A DNA stretch of 63,305 nt, counting the filler, from Octopus bimaculoides (taxonomy: Eukaryota): NCBI RefSeq assembly GCF_001194135.2. It is 5 parts of 5 records of this genome, joined end to end, with 100 filler letters (N's around TTAATTAATTAA, not from the genome) between each part and the next. Parts side by side here need not be neighbours in the genome. Positions count along the whole stretch, not along the records: positions 15,585 to 30,223 come from NC_068981.1; positions 30,324 to 54,538 come from NC_068990.1; 3 more parts are not named here. One strand, given 5' to 3'. The position numbers and the translations under genes were made by a program. The notes under the pieces were generated by a model. The model did not search any database, was not told where the DNA came from, and worked only from the letters and a program-made list of their open reading frames with translations. Positions 21,188 to 33,900 of the stretch are shown piece by piece (position 1 is the first letter of the stretch; each line of letters begins with the position of its first letter).

Positions 21188-21816
21188 ATATATATATATA
21201 NNNNNNNNNNNNNNNNNNNNNNNNNNNNNNNNNNNNNNNNNNNNNNNNNNNNNNNNNNNNNNNNNNNNNNNNNNNNNNNNNNNNNNNNNNNNNNNNNNNN
21301 NNNNNNNNNNNNNNNNNNNNNNNNNNNNNNNNNNNNNNNNNNNNNNNNNNNNNNNNNNNNNNNNNNNNNNNNNNNNNNNNNNNNNNNNNNNNNNNNNNNN
21401 NNNNNNNNNNNNNNNNNNNNNNNNNNNNNNNNNNNNNNNNNNNNNNNNNNNNNNNNNNNNNNNNNNNNNNNNNNNNNNNNNNNNNNNNNNNNNNNNNNNN
21501 NNNNNNNNNNNNNNNNNNNNNNNNNNNNNNNNNNNNNNNNNNNNNNNNNNNNNNNNNNNNNNNNNNNNNNNNNNNNNNNNNNNNNNNNNNNNNNNNNNNN
21601 NNNNNNNNNNNNNNNNNNNNNNNNNNNNNNNNNNNNNNNNNNNNNNNNNNNNNNNNNAACCTATGCACATTTCAATAGGGTATCCAGGATAAATAAACCA
21701 TATCATAAGATGTCTCATAAAATATTGTAACATATTACAACATATTACAAATTACAAATTATAAATTGCTGGATACTCCATCTCTTCAGGGTCGCATTAT
21801 TGCCATCACCAATACT

Positions 21817-21818
21817 AC

Positions 21819-21855
<37 letters not shown>

Positions 21856-22139
21856 TTTGCATTTCATATATATATGTATATATATATATATATATACACA
21901 CACATATTTATATATATACACATACACATATATGTATATTGTATATATATATATGTATATATGTATGCATATATATATGTGTGTGCATATATATATATAT
22001 GTATATATGTATATATATTTATATGCATGTATATATATGTAAATATATAGACCTATATTTATTTATGTGTGTATATGTATATGTATGTATATATATATGT
22101 ATGTATATGTGTATGTATATATACATATGTATGTATGTG

Positions 22140-22182
<43 letters not shown>

Positions 22183-22380
22183 NNNNNNNNNNNNNNNNNN
22201 NNNNNNNNNNNNNNNNNNNNNNNNNNNNNNNNNNNNNNNNNNNNNNNNNNNNNNNNNNNNNNNNNNNNNNNNNNNNNNNNNNNNNNNNNNNNNNNNNNNN
22301 NNNNNNNNNNNNNNNNNNNNNNNNNNNNNNNNNNNNNNNNNNNNNNNNNNNNNNNNNTATATGTATGTATATATATATAC
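21817..22380. repeat. (TA)n/(TATG)n low-complexity tract with gap
   Basis: Direct reading. Confidence 0.95.
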
Positions 22381-23044
22381 CATGGAAGAAGTTCCATCAG
22401 AAAGCAAAACTTTTGTCAGAATTCCATAATATCACAGTCATTAATAGTGACACAACTACAGTAAATACATTCAACAAAGTAACTATCGAGTCTTCTAAGA
22501 AACATACCCCACAAGGCACATAAACAATACAATTACACACTAAAAACAGTAAACCTGTAACACACATTAAAATCACTCACAACCGATTTAAAACGAAGCA
22601 TCAGATTTCTACGTAAACAATTTTAAATAAAGAAAACTAGCAAACATTTGTACCCCATGTAAACCTGAAACCTAACAGAGAAACACTACATGGAGTAATT
22701 ACTTGTAACCGTTATCATCGTAATAATTATCATGAACACCACCTACATGAACATTCACATCACCACGTGTCGCCATAACAACCTCAAATTATATAGCCAC
22801 ATAGTAACATCCTTATCAGACATATTTCGCAAGCTACACAAATAAGACAGAAAAATCAACAAAAAATACACACCCCGCTAAACACTGAAACCGGCCTTCG
22901 AAAATCAATAAGGATATTTTAAAATTCAAAATCCTCAAGGCCAGACAAAATCAAAAACGTATATCTAAAACAAAACAAAAAACCCAAAACTTAGAATTTG
23001 AAGGAATTACTGCATTGAATAACATCTACCATTACTAATATTAG

Positions 23045-23256
23045 TTTCAAATTTTGGCACAAGGTCAGCAATTTTGGGTGAGCGGGTAAGTCGATTGCAT
23101 CGACTCCATTACTCAACTGGTACTGATTTTATCGAAGCCGAAAGGATGAAAGGCAAAGTGAACCTCGGCGAAATTTGAACCGAAAACGTAAAGACGGACG
23201 AATAACCATTAAGAATTTTGCCCGGCGTACAAACGATTCTGCAAGCTCGTCACCTT
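23045..23256 (-). mobile_element. SINE family B
   Basis: GAAAGGATGAAAGGCAAAGTGAACCTCGGCGAAATTTGAAC is the reverse complement of the B body. Confidence 0.85.
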
Positions 23257-23517
23257 ACTAATATTAACACTTAAAAAATTGAGCAAAATTATAACAATTC
23301 TAAAACTCAAAGAAAACTGAAGGGATATCTATCATACAGATACATCACCTTCTTATGCAATCCCCAAATTTAGATAATGCTAATCATTGACATCACTAAC
23401 GTACATGTTCTCTTCTCCAAATTACAAAGCTGACCCAGACCCTTATAATCAACATTTACGAAACCATCAAAACCAACTGAAAATACATAATGGCAACAAC
23501 AAAAATAACCTTCCATG

Positions 23518-23712
23518 CGAGGGGGTACTGAAAAGTTCCTGGCTTTAAGGGTATCGCGAAAGGCCTGATTGGATACCCAACCTTCCGAGTTCTGAAGGAT
23601 CACTGCCATAAGTGTGTGAATCTTACAGGGGAATATATTGACCGAAATCATGATTAACGATTCTACTCTATTTTCTTTTACCCAAAGTCAAGAACTTTTC
23701 AACACCCTCTCG
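23518..23712 (+). mobile_element. Mariner-derived MITE
   Basis: TIRs CGAGGGGGTACTGAAAAGTTCCTGGCTT / AAGTCAAGAACTTTTCAACACCCTCTCG; TG and TA flanks. Internal LKDHCHKCVNLTGEYID resembles the mariner transposase C-terminus (KC...GEY.E). Confidence 0.85.
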
Positions 23713-23902
23713 TACATAATATTTTGTCAGCAAAACTTTCGACTGCATTCCCCGGAATGTGTTCATAAAAGAAAAAAATCAGTATGACAGTATAAATTCT
23801 AATAGGAGGCTGTCTGTATATGTGAGACAACACTTTCAGAATCTGCAGTTTCCCGAATGAAGTGCCGCAAGGATCTATCCTTTCACCCAGTCTTTTCAGT
23901 CT

Positions 23903-24052
23903 TGTGCGGTAAGTAGCTTGTTTACCAACCATATGGTTCCGGGTTCAGTCCCACTGCGTGGCACCTTGGGTAGGTGCCTTCTACTATAGCCTCGGGCCGA
24001 TCAAAGCCTTGTGAGTGGATTTGGTAGACGGAAACTGAAAGAAGCCCGTCGT
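23903..24052 (+). mobile_element. SINE family A, 5' half
   Basis: Head, GGTTCAGTCC B box, through GAAAGAAGCCCGTCG; followed by a CT-rich run and a gap. Confidence 0.9.
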
Positions 24053-25834
24053 CTTCTGTTACTACTATATTCCTCTCTTCCTCTCTTTCTCTCGTTGCTC
24101 ACCTATTCTTCTACTTCCTCCCTTTGTTTCTCCCTCTACCACTCTCTCTCTCTCTCTCCCTNNNNNNNNNNNNNNNNNNNNNNNNNNNNNNNNNNNNNNN
24201 NNNNNNNNNNNNNNNNNNNNNNNNNNNNNNNNNNNNNNNNNNNNNNNNNNNNNNNNNNNNNNNNNNNNNNNNNNNNNNNNNNNNNNNNNNNNNNNNNNNN
24301 NNNNNNNNNNNNNNNNNNNNNNNNNNNNNNNNNNNNNNNNNNNNNNNNNNNNNNNNNNNNNNNNNNNNNNNNNNNNNNNNNNNNNNNNNNNNNNNNNNNN
24401 NNNNNNNNNNNNNNNNNNNNNNNNNNNNNNNNNNNNNNNNNNNNNNNNNNNNNNNNNNNNNNNNNNNNNNNNNNNNNNNNNNNNNNNNNNNNNNNNNNNN
24501 NNNNNNNNNNNNNNNNNNNNNNNNNNNNNNNNNNNNNNNNNNNNNNNNNNNNNNNNNNNNNNNNNNNNNNNNNNNNNNNNNNNNNNNNNNNNNNNNNNNN
24601 NNNNNNNNNNNNNNNNNNNNNNNNNNNNNNNNNNNNNNNNNNNNNNNNNNNNNNNNNNNNNNNNNNNNNNNNNNNNNNNNNNNNNNNNNNNNNNNNNNNN
24701 NNNNNNNNNNNNNNNNNNNNNNNNNNNNNNNNNNNNNNNNNNNNNNNNNNNNNNNNNNNNNNNNNNNNNNNNNNNNNNNNNNNNNNNNNNNNNNNNNNNN
24801 NNNNNNNNNNNNNNNNNNNNNNNNNNNNNNNNNNNNNNNNNNNNNNNNNNNNNNNNCCTACACATTTCCACAAAAGATGCAGCCCCCGTATGTAGATGAT
24901 GTTACACGCGCGTCCTTTCACCAATTTCCAGACACTACTTCATAACTATTCCAACCTTATTTAAATCATCGACTCCACAGCAACAGATTTAAAGTAGCGC
25001 CTGCTAAGTCTACTGTGTTTCTTCTTGAAAGCAGCACAATGAATTTAACTAGTCTTTATATTCAGTGACACCTTTCACAACATTCTGACAATTCCCCCCA
25101 TCTAATTCATTTGATAATATTGGTACAAAGGATACTCGATTATATCGACTCCAGTAGTTGACTGGTACTTTATTTCATTGATCTCAAAAGGATTGATAGT
25201 CAAAGTTGCTAATCGAACATAAAGTATTGCAATTTAAATTCCACATGTCATCTTGTCCGACGCCTTATCGTTCCTCTCACTCCACCGCTCTCATTCGTTT
25301 GATGATATTGATTTCTTTTCAGTTGACTGATATAAAATTGTCCGCTGGGTTAAGATAATAAGATTTAGTTGTACTAATAAACAGATTAAATTCTAATATG
25401 AAGCAAGCAGATATCATTGCTGATATGGTATCATCTCTGGCGTGTGAGTAGCTGTGTGACGTGCAGTTTAAAAGAAATAGAATTTGATGGCGAAAGACCA
25501 ATTCTTTGCCAGAGTTTTAACAACACAGATAATGTCTTTCCTGGATAATGTCATCGAGAAAATTACGCGCGAAGTTTGAATGACCTTTGGTATGACCCTT
25601 TAAAGTTTACATTTCGATTGGTTCGAAAATGATCGATGAATACGCTGTGAGATGTAATAGCGTGTAAACCAATAAACTAGTTTCAAGTAATTTCTCAAAG
25701 AAGAATAGACGGATATAATTAGCTTAATCTAGTTTAATCTAGCATCTCGGTGAGGTGTTGTACGTTTTATTGCCATATTACAAAGAGAGAACCAACCAAG
25801 GCTATTTTGCACTTGTGCACTTCAGACTGAAGAG

Positions 25835-25852
25835 GGGTCAAACACAGACACA

Positions 25853-25913
<61 letters not shown>

Positions 25914-26000
25914 GACGGGCTTCTTTCAATTTCCGTCTACCAAATCCACTCACAAGGCTTTGGTCGGCCCGAGGCTGTAGTAGAAGGCACCTACCCAGGG
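25835..26000 (-). mobile_element. SINE family A central part with expanded (CA)n
   Basis: TACGACGGGCTTCTTTCA..CTACCAAATCCACTCACAAGGCTTTGGTCGGCCCGAGG. Confidence 0.88.
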
Positions 26001-27449
26001 TATGTCCAATATGTTTGTTGTTAATTTACAGAAAGAGTTTGAACTAGTTATTCAATAAAATACCAGAAGATATCGTGTAAAGCTCATCTGAATGATATCT
26101 TGCATGATATATCTAGACTGTTACACTATATAGATTAATCTAAAGTAACTGGGATTAATTTTCTCAGTAAAAAACAAATAAAATTGCACAATATTATTAT
26201 TTAATAACCTAGACAGTTGACAATAATTCGTCTTAATACCACATAGTATTGCTAAAATATTAAAGTATATTTTTGAGGGGTGAGAGTGTCCTGATTTATA
26301 GTACATATGAGAGGAAACAAAGTGACATTCATACCTTCTCAAAACATTTCTAACAAAGACGCAGTGAAATGGCTACGTTTGGAAAGGAAATTGCGTCTCA
26401 AAAACGTTCGTTATAATTTGCCGAAAATAGGCTTTCATTTAATTAGACTGTTTATCTCTGGAGCTGTTGTTTATAATTGAAACTAAATCGATATTGATAA
26501 CAGTTTATTTATCAGTCAATTGCATGACGCGTTTAAGGGTTTAAAACTACTAAGAAACATCAATCGATATTTTGACTGGTTGTTTGGTAAATAAGAGAAA
26601 CTTTCCCTTTGTTTCACTCAATAATTGCTTGTCCAACTTTTCTAATTAGCTCTAATTGAGGTATTGTGGATGTAAGAAATTCAGTTTGGTCCATCTATCA
26701 AATTAATTAAAAGTTTCATTTCCTCAGAGTGGGAATTAAAAGAAAAGAAGAGGAAATAAATAGACAATATCAGATAATGGCATTGTATGTTACGGGTGAA
26801 CCCGTTTGGCTGAAAATGATAAAAGACAAAAAAAGAAGCTAACTGGGGATTGATTTAAAAATTGAATTAATTTTCACAATCTATCGAATAGTAAGAACAA
26901 TTTTCTGTGAACGAAAATATCTGCAGTGAGAACGTTATCCTGAGAAATGGGAATAACCGAGAGGACGATGTAAAATGTACAATTAGGTTGAGTTAATCAG
27001 CTGCACTTGACATTTGTCAGTTCGATTCAATAAATAAAGGAATATTTTAATGTTACTAGAATTTGAGGTCATTGTTTTCTTCAATATTGCTTTATCAACT
27101 GTGAGTATTAAAAAAAAAGTTCCTTTATGCATTACTAGTTTACAAAGATTGAAATTAAATGCGGAACGAGAATTCAGAATGTTGGATTTCGCTTATAACG
27201 ACTTCTCATTTCATATTAAGTTTAAGATCGATAAAGCAGTGAGAGCTTATCAAACTTTTGAAACTTTTCTCACTATCACCGCACCCCACACTTTTTTTAC
27301 TAACACTTTTTCATCCCCACCGTGGTAAGATTCAACAAAGTTAAATTCACCACAGAAACTTACAGCCGACAAGGCTACTTTGCACAAAGGTCATTTAATT
27401 AATGTCATATGGAATATCAAAACGATATTTTGATCACTAAAACTGGTTT

Positions 27450-27865
27450 CAAATCTTGAGACAAAGCCAGCAATTTCGGTAGAAGGGGTAAGTCGATTAC
27501 ACCGACACCGGTGATCCACTGATACCTATTTAATCAACCCCCGAAAGGATGAAAGGCAAAGTCACCCCCGGCAGAAATTGTACTCAAAGCGTAAAGACGG
27601 ACGAAATGCCGCTAAGCATTTGACCTGTGTGCAAACGATTCTGTCTGCTCGCTGCCTAACACTTTGACCACTAATATTGATTACAAAGTTTGGCACAAGG
27701 CCAGCAATTTCGGGGAGAGNNNNNNNNNNNNNNNNNNNNNNNNNNNNNNNNNNNNNNNNNNNNNNNNNNNNNNNNNNNNNNNNNNNNNNNNNNNNNNNNN
27801 NNNNNNNNNNNNNNNNNNNNAAGCATTTCGACCGGCGTGCTAACGATTCCGGCCACTCGCCGCGT
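27450..27865 (-). mobile_element. Two tandem SINE family B copies (second spans a gap)
   Basis: CCCCGAAAGGATGAAAGGCAAAGTC; AAGCATTTCGACCGGCGTGCTAACGATTC. Confidence 0.8.
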
Positions 27866-27894
27866 TATTTCGACCGCTAATATTAGGGCGTGGT

Positions 27895-28024
27895 GTAAGG
27901 AGGTGAGCTGGCAAAATCAGCACGTCGGACGAAATGCTTAGCGGCATTTCTTCCGTATTTACTTCCTGAATTCAAATTCCACTAAGGTCGACTTTACCTT
28001 TCATCTTTTCGAGGTCGATAAAAT
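27895..28024 (+). mobile_element. SINE family B, 5' half (interrupted by the MULE)
   Basis: Ends ...GAGGTCGATAAAAT exactly where the consensus continues AAGTACCAG. Confidence 0.85.
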
Positions 28025-29936
28025 CGTGACCCGACTTTTCGACCAATGTCACTTCGTCCACGTCTTTTTATCTTTAGAAAACATGGTGAACATGAAAATT
28101 AAATAATCATTGAGAATTTTATTGATAAGATTCAAGTAAAATACTGTGGAAAGATGTATTTTAAAAAATGTCATTTTAAAAAAGTAATACGATATAACTA
28201 ATGATTTATTATGATCACTCAAAATTGATGCAAATTATATGCCACACTGTTCAAAAAATCAATTGTTCTTGTTGACCCATATTCAATGAACAATCTTTTG
28301 AGGCGTTATTCTTCGATATCGTGTACATGAATTTGACGGATCTTCTCGAAGAATTTGAGTCATTTTACCTTGAACGAACCCTTCCCCCTCCTTCAGAGTT
28401 TTGATTAATTTCCAAATATTCAAATGTGCTCCACCGGCCGAACGCTTTTTCGCAGAATGAATCCTCTCCGCAGCATTATTTGTTTTGGGAAGATCTTGAA
28501 GAATACGCTGATTAACATTCCATACAGCTATTGGGAATGTAGGTGGTTCTCTCCTTCGTCTAACACCACATCCTCTCACAACGCCTATGTAAGTCAAGTC
28601 GAAGTAAGCGATGAATTCAGCAGGTATTTCTTCATCGTCTATTCCTTCTTCATAGACCTCTTCGACATCTTCGGCGGGTAGAAAGGCTAATGCAGAAAAA
28701 AAATCGTAAGTTTAAGACAGAATTCAGAGTCTTCGAGGCCTAAATCTGTAATTTTTTGAAATACTGATTGGTTCAAATGAAACAAACATGCCACGATAGA
28801 TGAATTAGGGAATAATGAATTAAATGCCTTATGAACTGCAACTTCGAAATCTGCCATGAGATCAAGCAGATATGCATTAGATTGCATAATTTTCAATTTC
28901 TCAAAAAATAATTCATATACGTTTTGTTTTATTCGGCAGTAGTGCAAAGACCCGTGGAAAAGTGCTCCTTGAACATGTACATGTATGCTAAACAGTTGAA
29001 ACCACTGTTCTGGCACAATTTTGGATGTTCCACGACATGCCCAATGATGATATGATGCTATATCCTGAAGAACACTTTCTGATGCAAATACTAGTATGAA
29101 CTGTTGATCCTCGATACCGAAATCGTATCTCAGAAACTGTTCGCCATTATCAAGTTTACAATATTCTTCAAGTATTTCAAAATCAGTTCTAGCTTCTGGA
29201 TTAGTGGGAAATCCCAAATTTGTTTTCAGTACCTTTGAATAATCCTGGAAAGTACAGGCAAACGAGAAAGTTGTGAACAAGTATTTTCTGCTAGCTGCGT
29301 AAACTTAGCTGCTCTTATGTTACGTGAACTTACTGCTACGTTTGCCACCCTTTCATGCATTATTTCTACAACTGATTTTCTCGTATTTAACGAATCTACA
29401 TCAGCTGGATGGAGGTGCTCATGAGAAAAATAAATAATTTGCGGCTCATTGTTTTCTGTTACGGTGTGAATTCGCACTGAACACAGCCTTCTTTTCTCGC
29501 ACCTCCACTATTCTTTTCCTAGTTTTGTATTGCTTGAATGAAAATCGTAGATGTAATTACTTTCATCAACTACTTTTCTTTTGTTTTTGGTCGATCCTAT
29601 GAACTTTGTCATTTCCGGATGGGTAAATTAAAAATGTGTACAGTAAATTTGCTGCACTCTCTATACACAGCACCGTACTTAAGAGAGAGAAAGAAAAAGA
29701 GGGAGTAAAACTGTTAACAGAGAAAGGAAAAGAACGATAATAACAATCCTATAACGAGGCTCGTTATAGTTCTGTGAATATATCATTAGAGATATTTCAC
29801 CTTGTTTTCTAAAGAGTTTATTTAAAATTAGACAAAAAGTCGAACAAAAATATCATCAGACAAAAAGACGTCGGACGAAAAGACGTGGACGAAGTGACGT
29901 TGGGCGAAGTAACGCCGGACGAAAAGACATAGCACC
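28025..29936 (-). mobile_element. MULE (Mutator-like) DNA transposon, about 1.9 kb
   Basis: TIRs built from about 15-bp GGACGAAAAGACGT units (28026-28068 vs 29862-29935). 8-9-bp TSD (C)GATAAAAT / (C)GGTAAAAT. Transposase pseudogene inside. Confidence 0.92.
28283..29612 (-). pseudogene. FLYWCH + MULE transposase, disrupted
   Basis: MTKFIGSTKNKRK..YIY..*WRCEKRRLCSVRIHT..HEH (FLYWCH; TAG replaces Y at 29510-29508); WACRGTSKIVPEQWFQLFSIH (DGTFK motif decayed); ADFEVA..FP..ACLFHLNQ; ALAFLPAEDV..YFDLTYIG; KTNNAAERIH. At least two frameshifts. Confidence 0.92.
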
Positions 29937-30030
29937 GGTAAAATAAGTAGCAGTAGGACATTGAAGTCGATGTAATCGGCTTACCTTCCTCTCCCCCGAA
30001 CCTGCTGCATTGCGCCAAAATTTGAAATCA
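29937..30030 (+). mobile_element. SINE family B, 3' half (continuation of 27895-28024)
   Basis: TAAAATAAGTAGCAGT..GTCGATGTAATCGGCTTACC..CCAAAATTTGAAATC. Confidence 0.85.
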
Positions 30031-30223
30031 ATATTACCGCGTGATTTGCACTTGCCATGAATACTGAAAAATATTTTCGAAATATTTCAGGGCAATCAAA
30101 AATTTAATTTGTACAGAGACATCAATTGTCGCTAAAACCCCTAGTAATATAAATTTTTCTATCACTCACCAGGTGAAGGCGCGTGGCTTAGTGGCTTAGT
30201 GGTTAGGGCAGTGGTTCCCAGCC

Positions 30224-30323
30224 NNNNNNNNNNNNNNNNNNNNNNNNNNNNNNNNNNNNNNNNNNNNTTAATTAATTAANNNNNNNNNNNNNNNNNNNNN
30301 NNNNNNNNNNNNNNNNNNNNNNN
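30224..30323. other. Artificial scaffold-join spacer
   Basis: 44 N + TTAATTAATTAA + 44 N. Confidence 0.95.
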
Positions 30324-30527
30324 GCGACTATCAGCAAGTTCAGATTAGTTCATTGCACAGAGTTGGCCAAAAGTCACCTGATCAGTAAATCAAACCCATT
30401 TAATTTCAAGATTTATTTCTGTTTTAACAACTGAATGAATTTAATAAAAGCGACTAAATATGAAACATCATGAAAATTGTTCAAATTGAAGTCCTTCTTG
30501 AGCGACACATTTTGTCCATTCGAGTCA

Positions 30528-30668
30528 TTGCCTTTGCACAGCTTCTAACGCTGGAGATGTACTACGGTGTCAGCTGTTCACTACCAGTGAATTAAGGTAA
30601 CACCCCATATTCTTCGAGCACCATCCGGAGTATTCGAGCGGTTCCAAGCAGTGCTGTTTTCTGAAAGT
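30528..30668 (-). mobile_element. R4/Dong 3' end fragment
   Basis: FQKTALLGTARILRMVLEEYGVLP* plus 3' UTR; homologue of 7024-7138. Confidence 0.88.
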
Positions 30669-31049
30669 GCGCCACCCTTATTGCAGCCCCTATTTGTTCC
30701 ACCAACATTGGTCGTCAAGCGGTAATGGGAAACAAACAGACACAAACACATACAAACACATGGTTCATACAGACATTTCGGCTATTTTCGTTACGTTGGC
30801 GCCTGCCATACGAGCACCAACAATTTGACCTCTTTGAAAGTCCGATAGATCAGTCATTTTAATGAATTTTAATTATCTTTTTCTGATGTTATCTGAAAAG
30901 AAACAGCAATCTTAGCAAAACATATTAAGCAACACTAATAATAAATCAAAAAACATAAAAATAAACAAACTTTTGACGGTTTTATAGATATTTCAGAATT
31001 ATGATGCTATGGTTCTAGGTGCTTCCATTATTTTGTCCAACCATTGTAT

Positions 31050-31214
31050 ATATACGACGGACTCCTTTTAGTTTCTGTCTACCAAATCCACTCACAAAGC
31101 TTTGGTTGACTTCAGGCTATAGAAGACGTTTGCCCAAGGTGTAACGCAGTGGAACTGAACCCGGAACCATGTGGTTGAGAAGCAAACTTCTGACCACAAA
31201 GCCACGCCTGCACC
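31050..31214 (-). mobile_element. SINE family A, 5' half
   Basis: CTACCAAATCCACTCAC; TTTGCCCAAGGTG; CTGAACCCGGAACCATGTGG. Confidence 0.88.
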
Positions 31215-31437
31215 TTTCTATATGTTTTCTCAGCAGTCTCTACATTGTTCTTAATGGTTCATCTTCTCCTCGTGCTTGTAATATCTGGAGTTCCATATGA
31301 CTTACTCAGAGTACGAACTCTCAGTTGCCAACTTCTGCTGGCAAATACCTCGTTTCCTACCATTTGTTGCAGCAGTTATCAGCCAACTCACTGTAGTTAG
31401 CTTTTTCCCTCTCTCTCTCTCGTACTTCCTCCATAGA

Positions 31438-31830
31438 GGAGGCGCAATGGCCCAGTGGTTAGGGCAGCGGACTCGCAGTCATAGGATCGCGGTTTCGATT
31501 CCCAGACCGGGCGTTGTGAGTGTTTATTGAGCGAAAACACCTAAAGTTCCACGAGGCTCCGGCAGGGGATGGTGGCGAACCCTGCTGTGCTCTTTCACCA
31601 CAACTGTTCTCTCACTCTTACTTCCTGTTTCTGTTGTGCCTGTAATTCAAAGAGGCCAGGCTTGTCACACTGTGTCACGCTGAATATCTCCCGAGAACTA
31701 CGTTAAGGGTACACGTGTCTGTGGAGTGCTCAGCCACTTGCACGTTAATTTCACGAGCAGACTGTTCCGTTGATCGGATCAACTGGAACCCTCGACGTCG
31801 TAAGCGACGGAGTGCGAACAACAACAACAA
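31438..31830 (+). mobile_element. SINE family C, full length
   Basis: A box TGGCCCAGTGG, B box GTTTCGATTCC, (CAA)n tail. Probable degraded TSD ACTTCCTC(C/A)AT at 31424-34 and 31830-40. Confidence 0.93.
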
Positions 31831-32499
31831 CTTCCTCAATTTTCTCTATCCATGGCGGAGTTAATTCCAAATAGGATTAGCTGTCTTAGCATCCGGGAAA
31901 CCAAGAGGATAGCTAGGCTCGACAGTATCTGAGTAAAACGTGCTGGAAATTTTAGCTGTTTCTGCCGATCAACTTCAATCACATTACCCAGTCCTTACCA
32001 AAAAGCAAGTATGCTAAAGAGTGGGCGGTCTGGCTAGGAGAACGAAAGTCATACTACGCATCGAAACATACGTTAATATCTGCTGGTAAGGCAGTCTCCA
32101 TTCTCTCCTTTTCAACTATTCTCAACTAGTCTCTCCTTTCACCCCTCCTCTTTCTCTCTCTTCCTCGCCTTGTAATTTATTCATTCGGTTTCCGTCAGAA
32201 AACATCTACCTCTGATGGAGAGCTTTGGCCGGAGGGAAAACCAAATGAATTGGTTAACTGTTAGGAAGACTTTCCCCCTACTCATCATGGCAAACCAATC
32301 TATTCCACTTTTTATCTCTTTGTATTCACTAATTATTGCCAACGTTAGGCCATCACAACTGTTTACTTTACAACAAAAGAGTTATTTGAAGTGAATGACA
32401 TAGGCTGTTCATTGATCCGAAACGTTTGTCAGTCAGCTGGTTCACAGGGGTTGAACTGTGAGTGAACGAGTAAGAGTAGCAGGGGGAGATAGAAAGGAA

Positions 32500-32683
32500 G
32501 CTGGAAGAGAAAAATGAAGGAAAAGAGGTGAAAATAGTATGAGAGAAAGTGAGGAGGAGGAGGAGGAGGAGGAGGAGAATAGGTTGGCGGCGAAGAGATA
32601 AATAGTTTAAGGGGGGAGTGAGAGAGATGCGAAGGGGAGAGGCTGGATGAGGAGAGACAGATAGACAGACAGACAGATAGACA

Positions 32684-32772
<89 letters not shown>

Positions 32773-33670
32773 ACGGGGAGACGAGAGTGTTACAGAGATA
32801 TAAAGTTTGAAAGTAAAGTGAATGATGCTGTCTAAATATGTGTACTAGGAGAGAGGGAAAAGAGGAAGAGGAGGAGAGTGAATGAAAGAGAGAGAGAGGC
32901 GGAGGAGAGATAGAGTAACCGGTATGGAGGAGAGAGAGGGGAAAAAGTGTTAAGCGATAAGATAAAAGGAAGCAAACGGTGTAACAATAGTGAGAGGAGG
33001 AGAAAATAGAGGAGGAGGAGGAGGAGAGAGAGAGAGAGAGAGACGAATGATGTAGAAGGAGAGAAACAAGGTAGTAGGAAGGAAATGATTGTGTGGAGAG
33101 AGGGAAGCAGAGGAAGAGAAGATCTATATGATAAAAATAAGAGGGAGGACAGAGGGAGAAGGTAGAGTGTGATGTGGTGACAGCGAGAAAGAAGCAGGGT
33201 GTACAGAAAGAGAGAGAAGGAGAGAGAGACAGAGAGAGAGACAGAGAGAGACAGACAGACAGACAGAGAGACAGATGTTATGCAAAAAAAATGTGAGAGA
33301 AGCAGCTTGCAGAGAGAGGGGGAGAGGTGTAGCGTAGTGGCAGTAAGAGAAAGGAGAGAGGGAGAGAGACAGAGACAGAGAGAGACAGAGAGAGCCAGAG
33401 ACAGAGACAGAGAGACGGAGAGACAGAGAGAGAGAGAGAAACAGAGAGAGACAGAGATAGAGAGAGAGAGACGGAGAGACAGAGAGACAGAGAGACAGAG
33501 AGACAGAGAGACAGAGAGTGAGACAGAGAGAGAGAGAGACAGAGAGAGAGAGATAGAAACAGAGAGAGACAGAGATAGAGAGAAAGAGACGGAGAGACAG
33601 AGAGACAGAGAGTGAGACACAGAGAGAGAGACAGAGAGAGAGACAGAGAGAGAGACAGAGAGAGAGAGAC

Positions 33671-33705
<35 letters not shown>

Positions 33706-33831
33706 GACAGAGACAGGGAGAGACAGAGACAGGGAGAGAGACAGAGAGGGGAGATGTTATGCAAAAGAAATGAGAGAAGCAGCTTGCAGAGAGAGGAGGA
33801 GGGGTGTAGCGTAGTGGCAGTAAGAGAGGGA

Positions 33832-33870
<39 letters not shown>

Positions 33871-33900
33871 GTAGAGAGGAAAAGGAGGAATGTGATGTAA
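32500..33900 (+). repeat. About 1.4-kb purine-rich (GA/GAG/GATA/GACA) compound satellite
   Basis: Direct reading; contains a roughly 95-bp unique-like block duplicated at 33274 and 33753. Confidence 0.95.

Noticed and set aside
22380-23040. A/C-skewed stretch with LINE-ORF1-like snippets (LHGVI, KITH)
   Set aside because: Stops in all frames; compositional skew only.
25300-27000. Many TAAT/TAATTA and TGACCT motifs suggesting a developmental enhancer
   Set aside because: Expected by chance in very AT-rich DNA; no conservation data.
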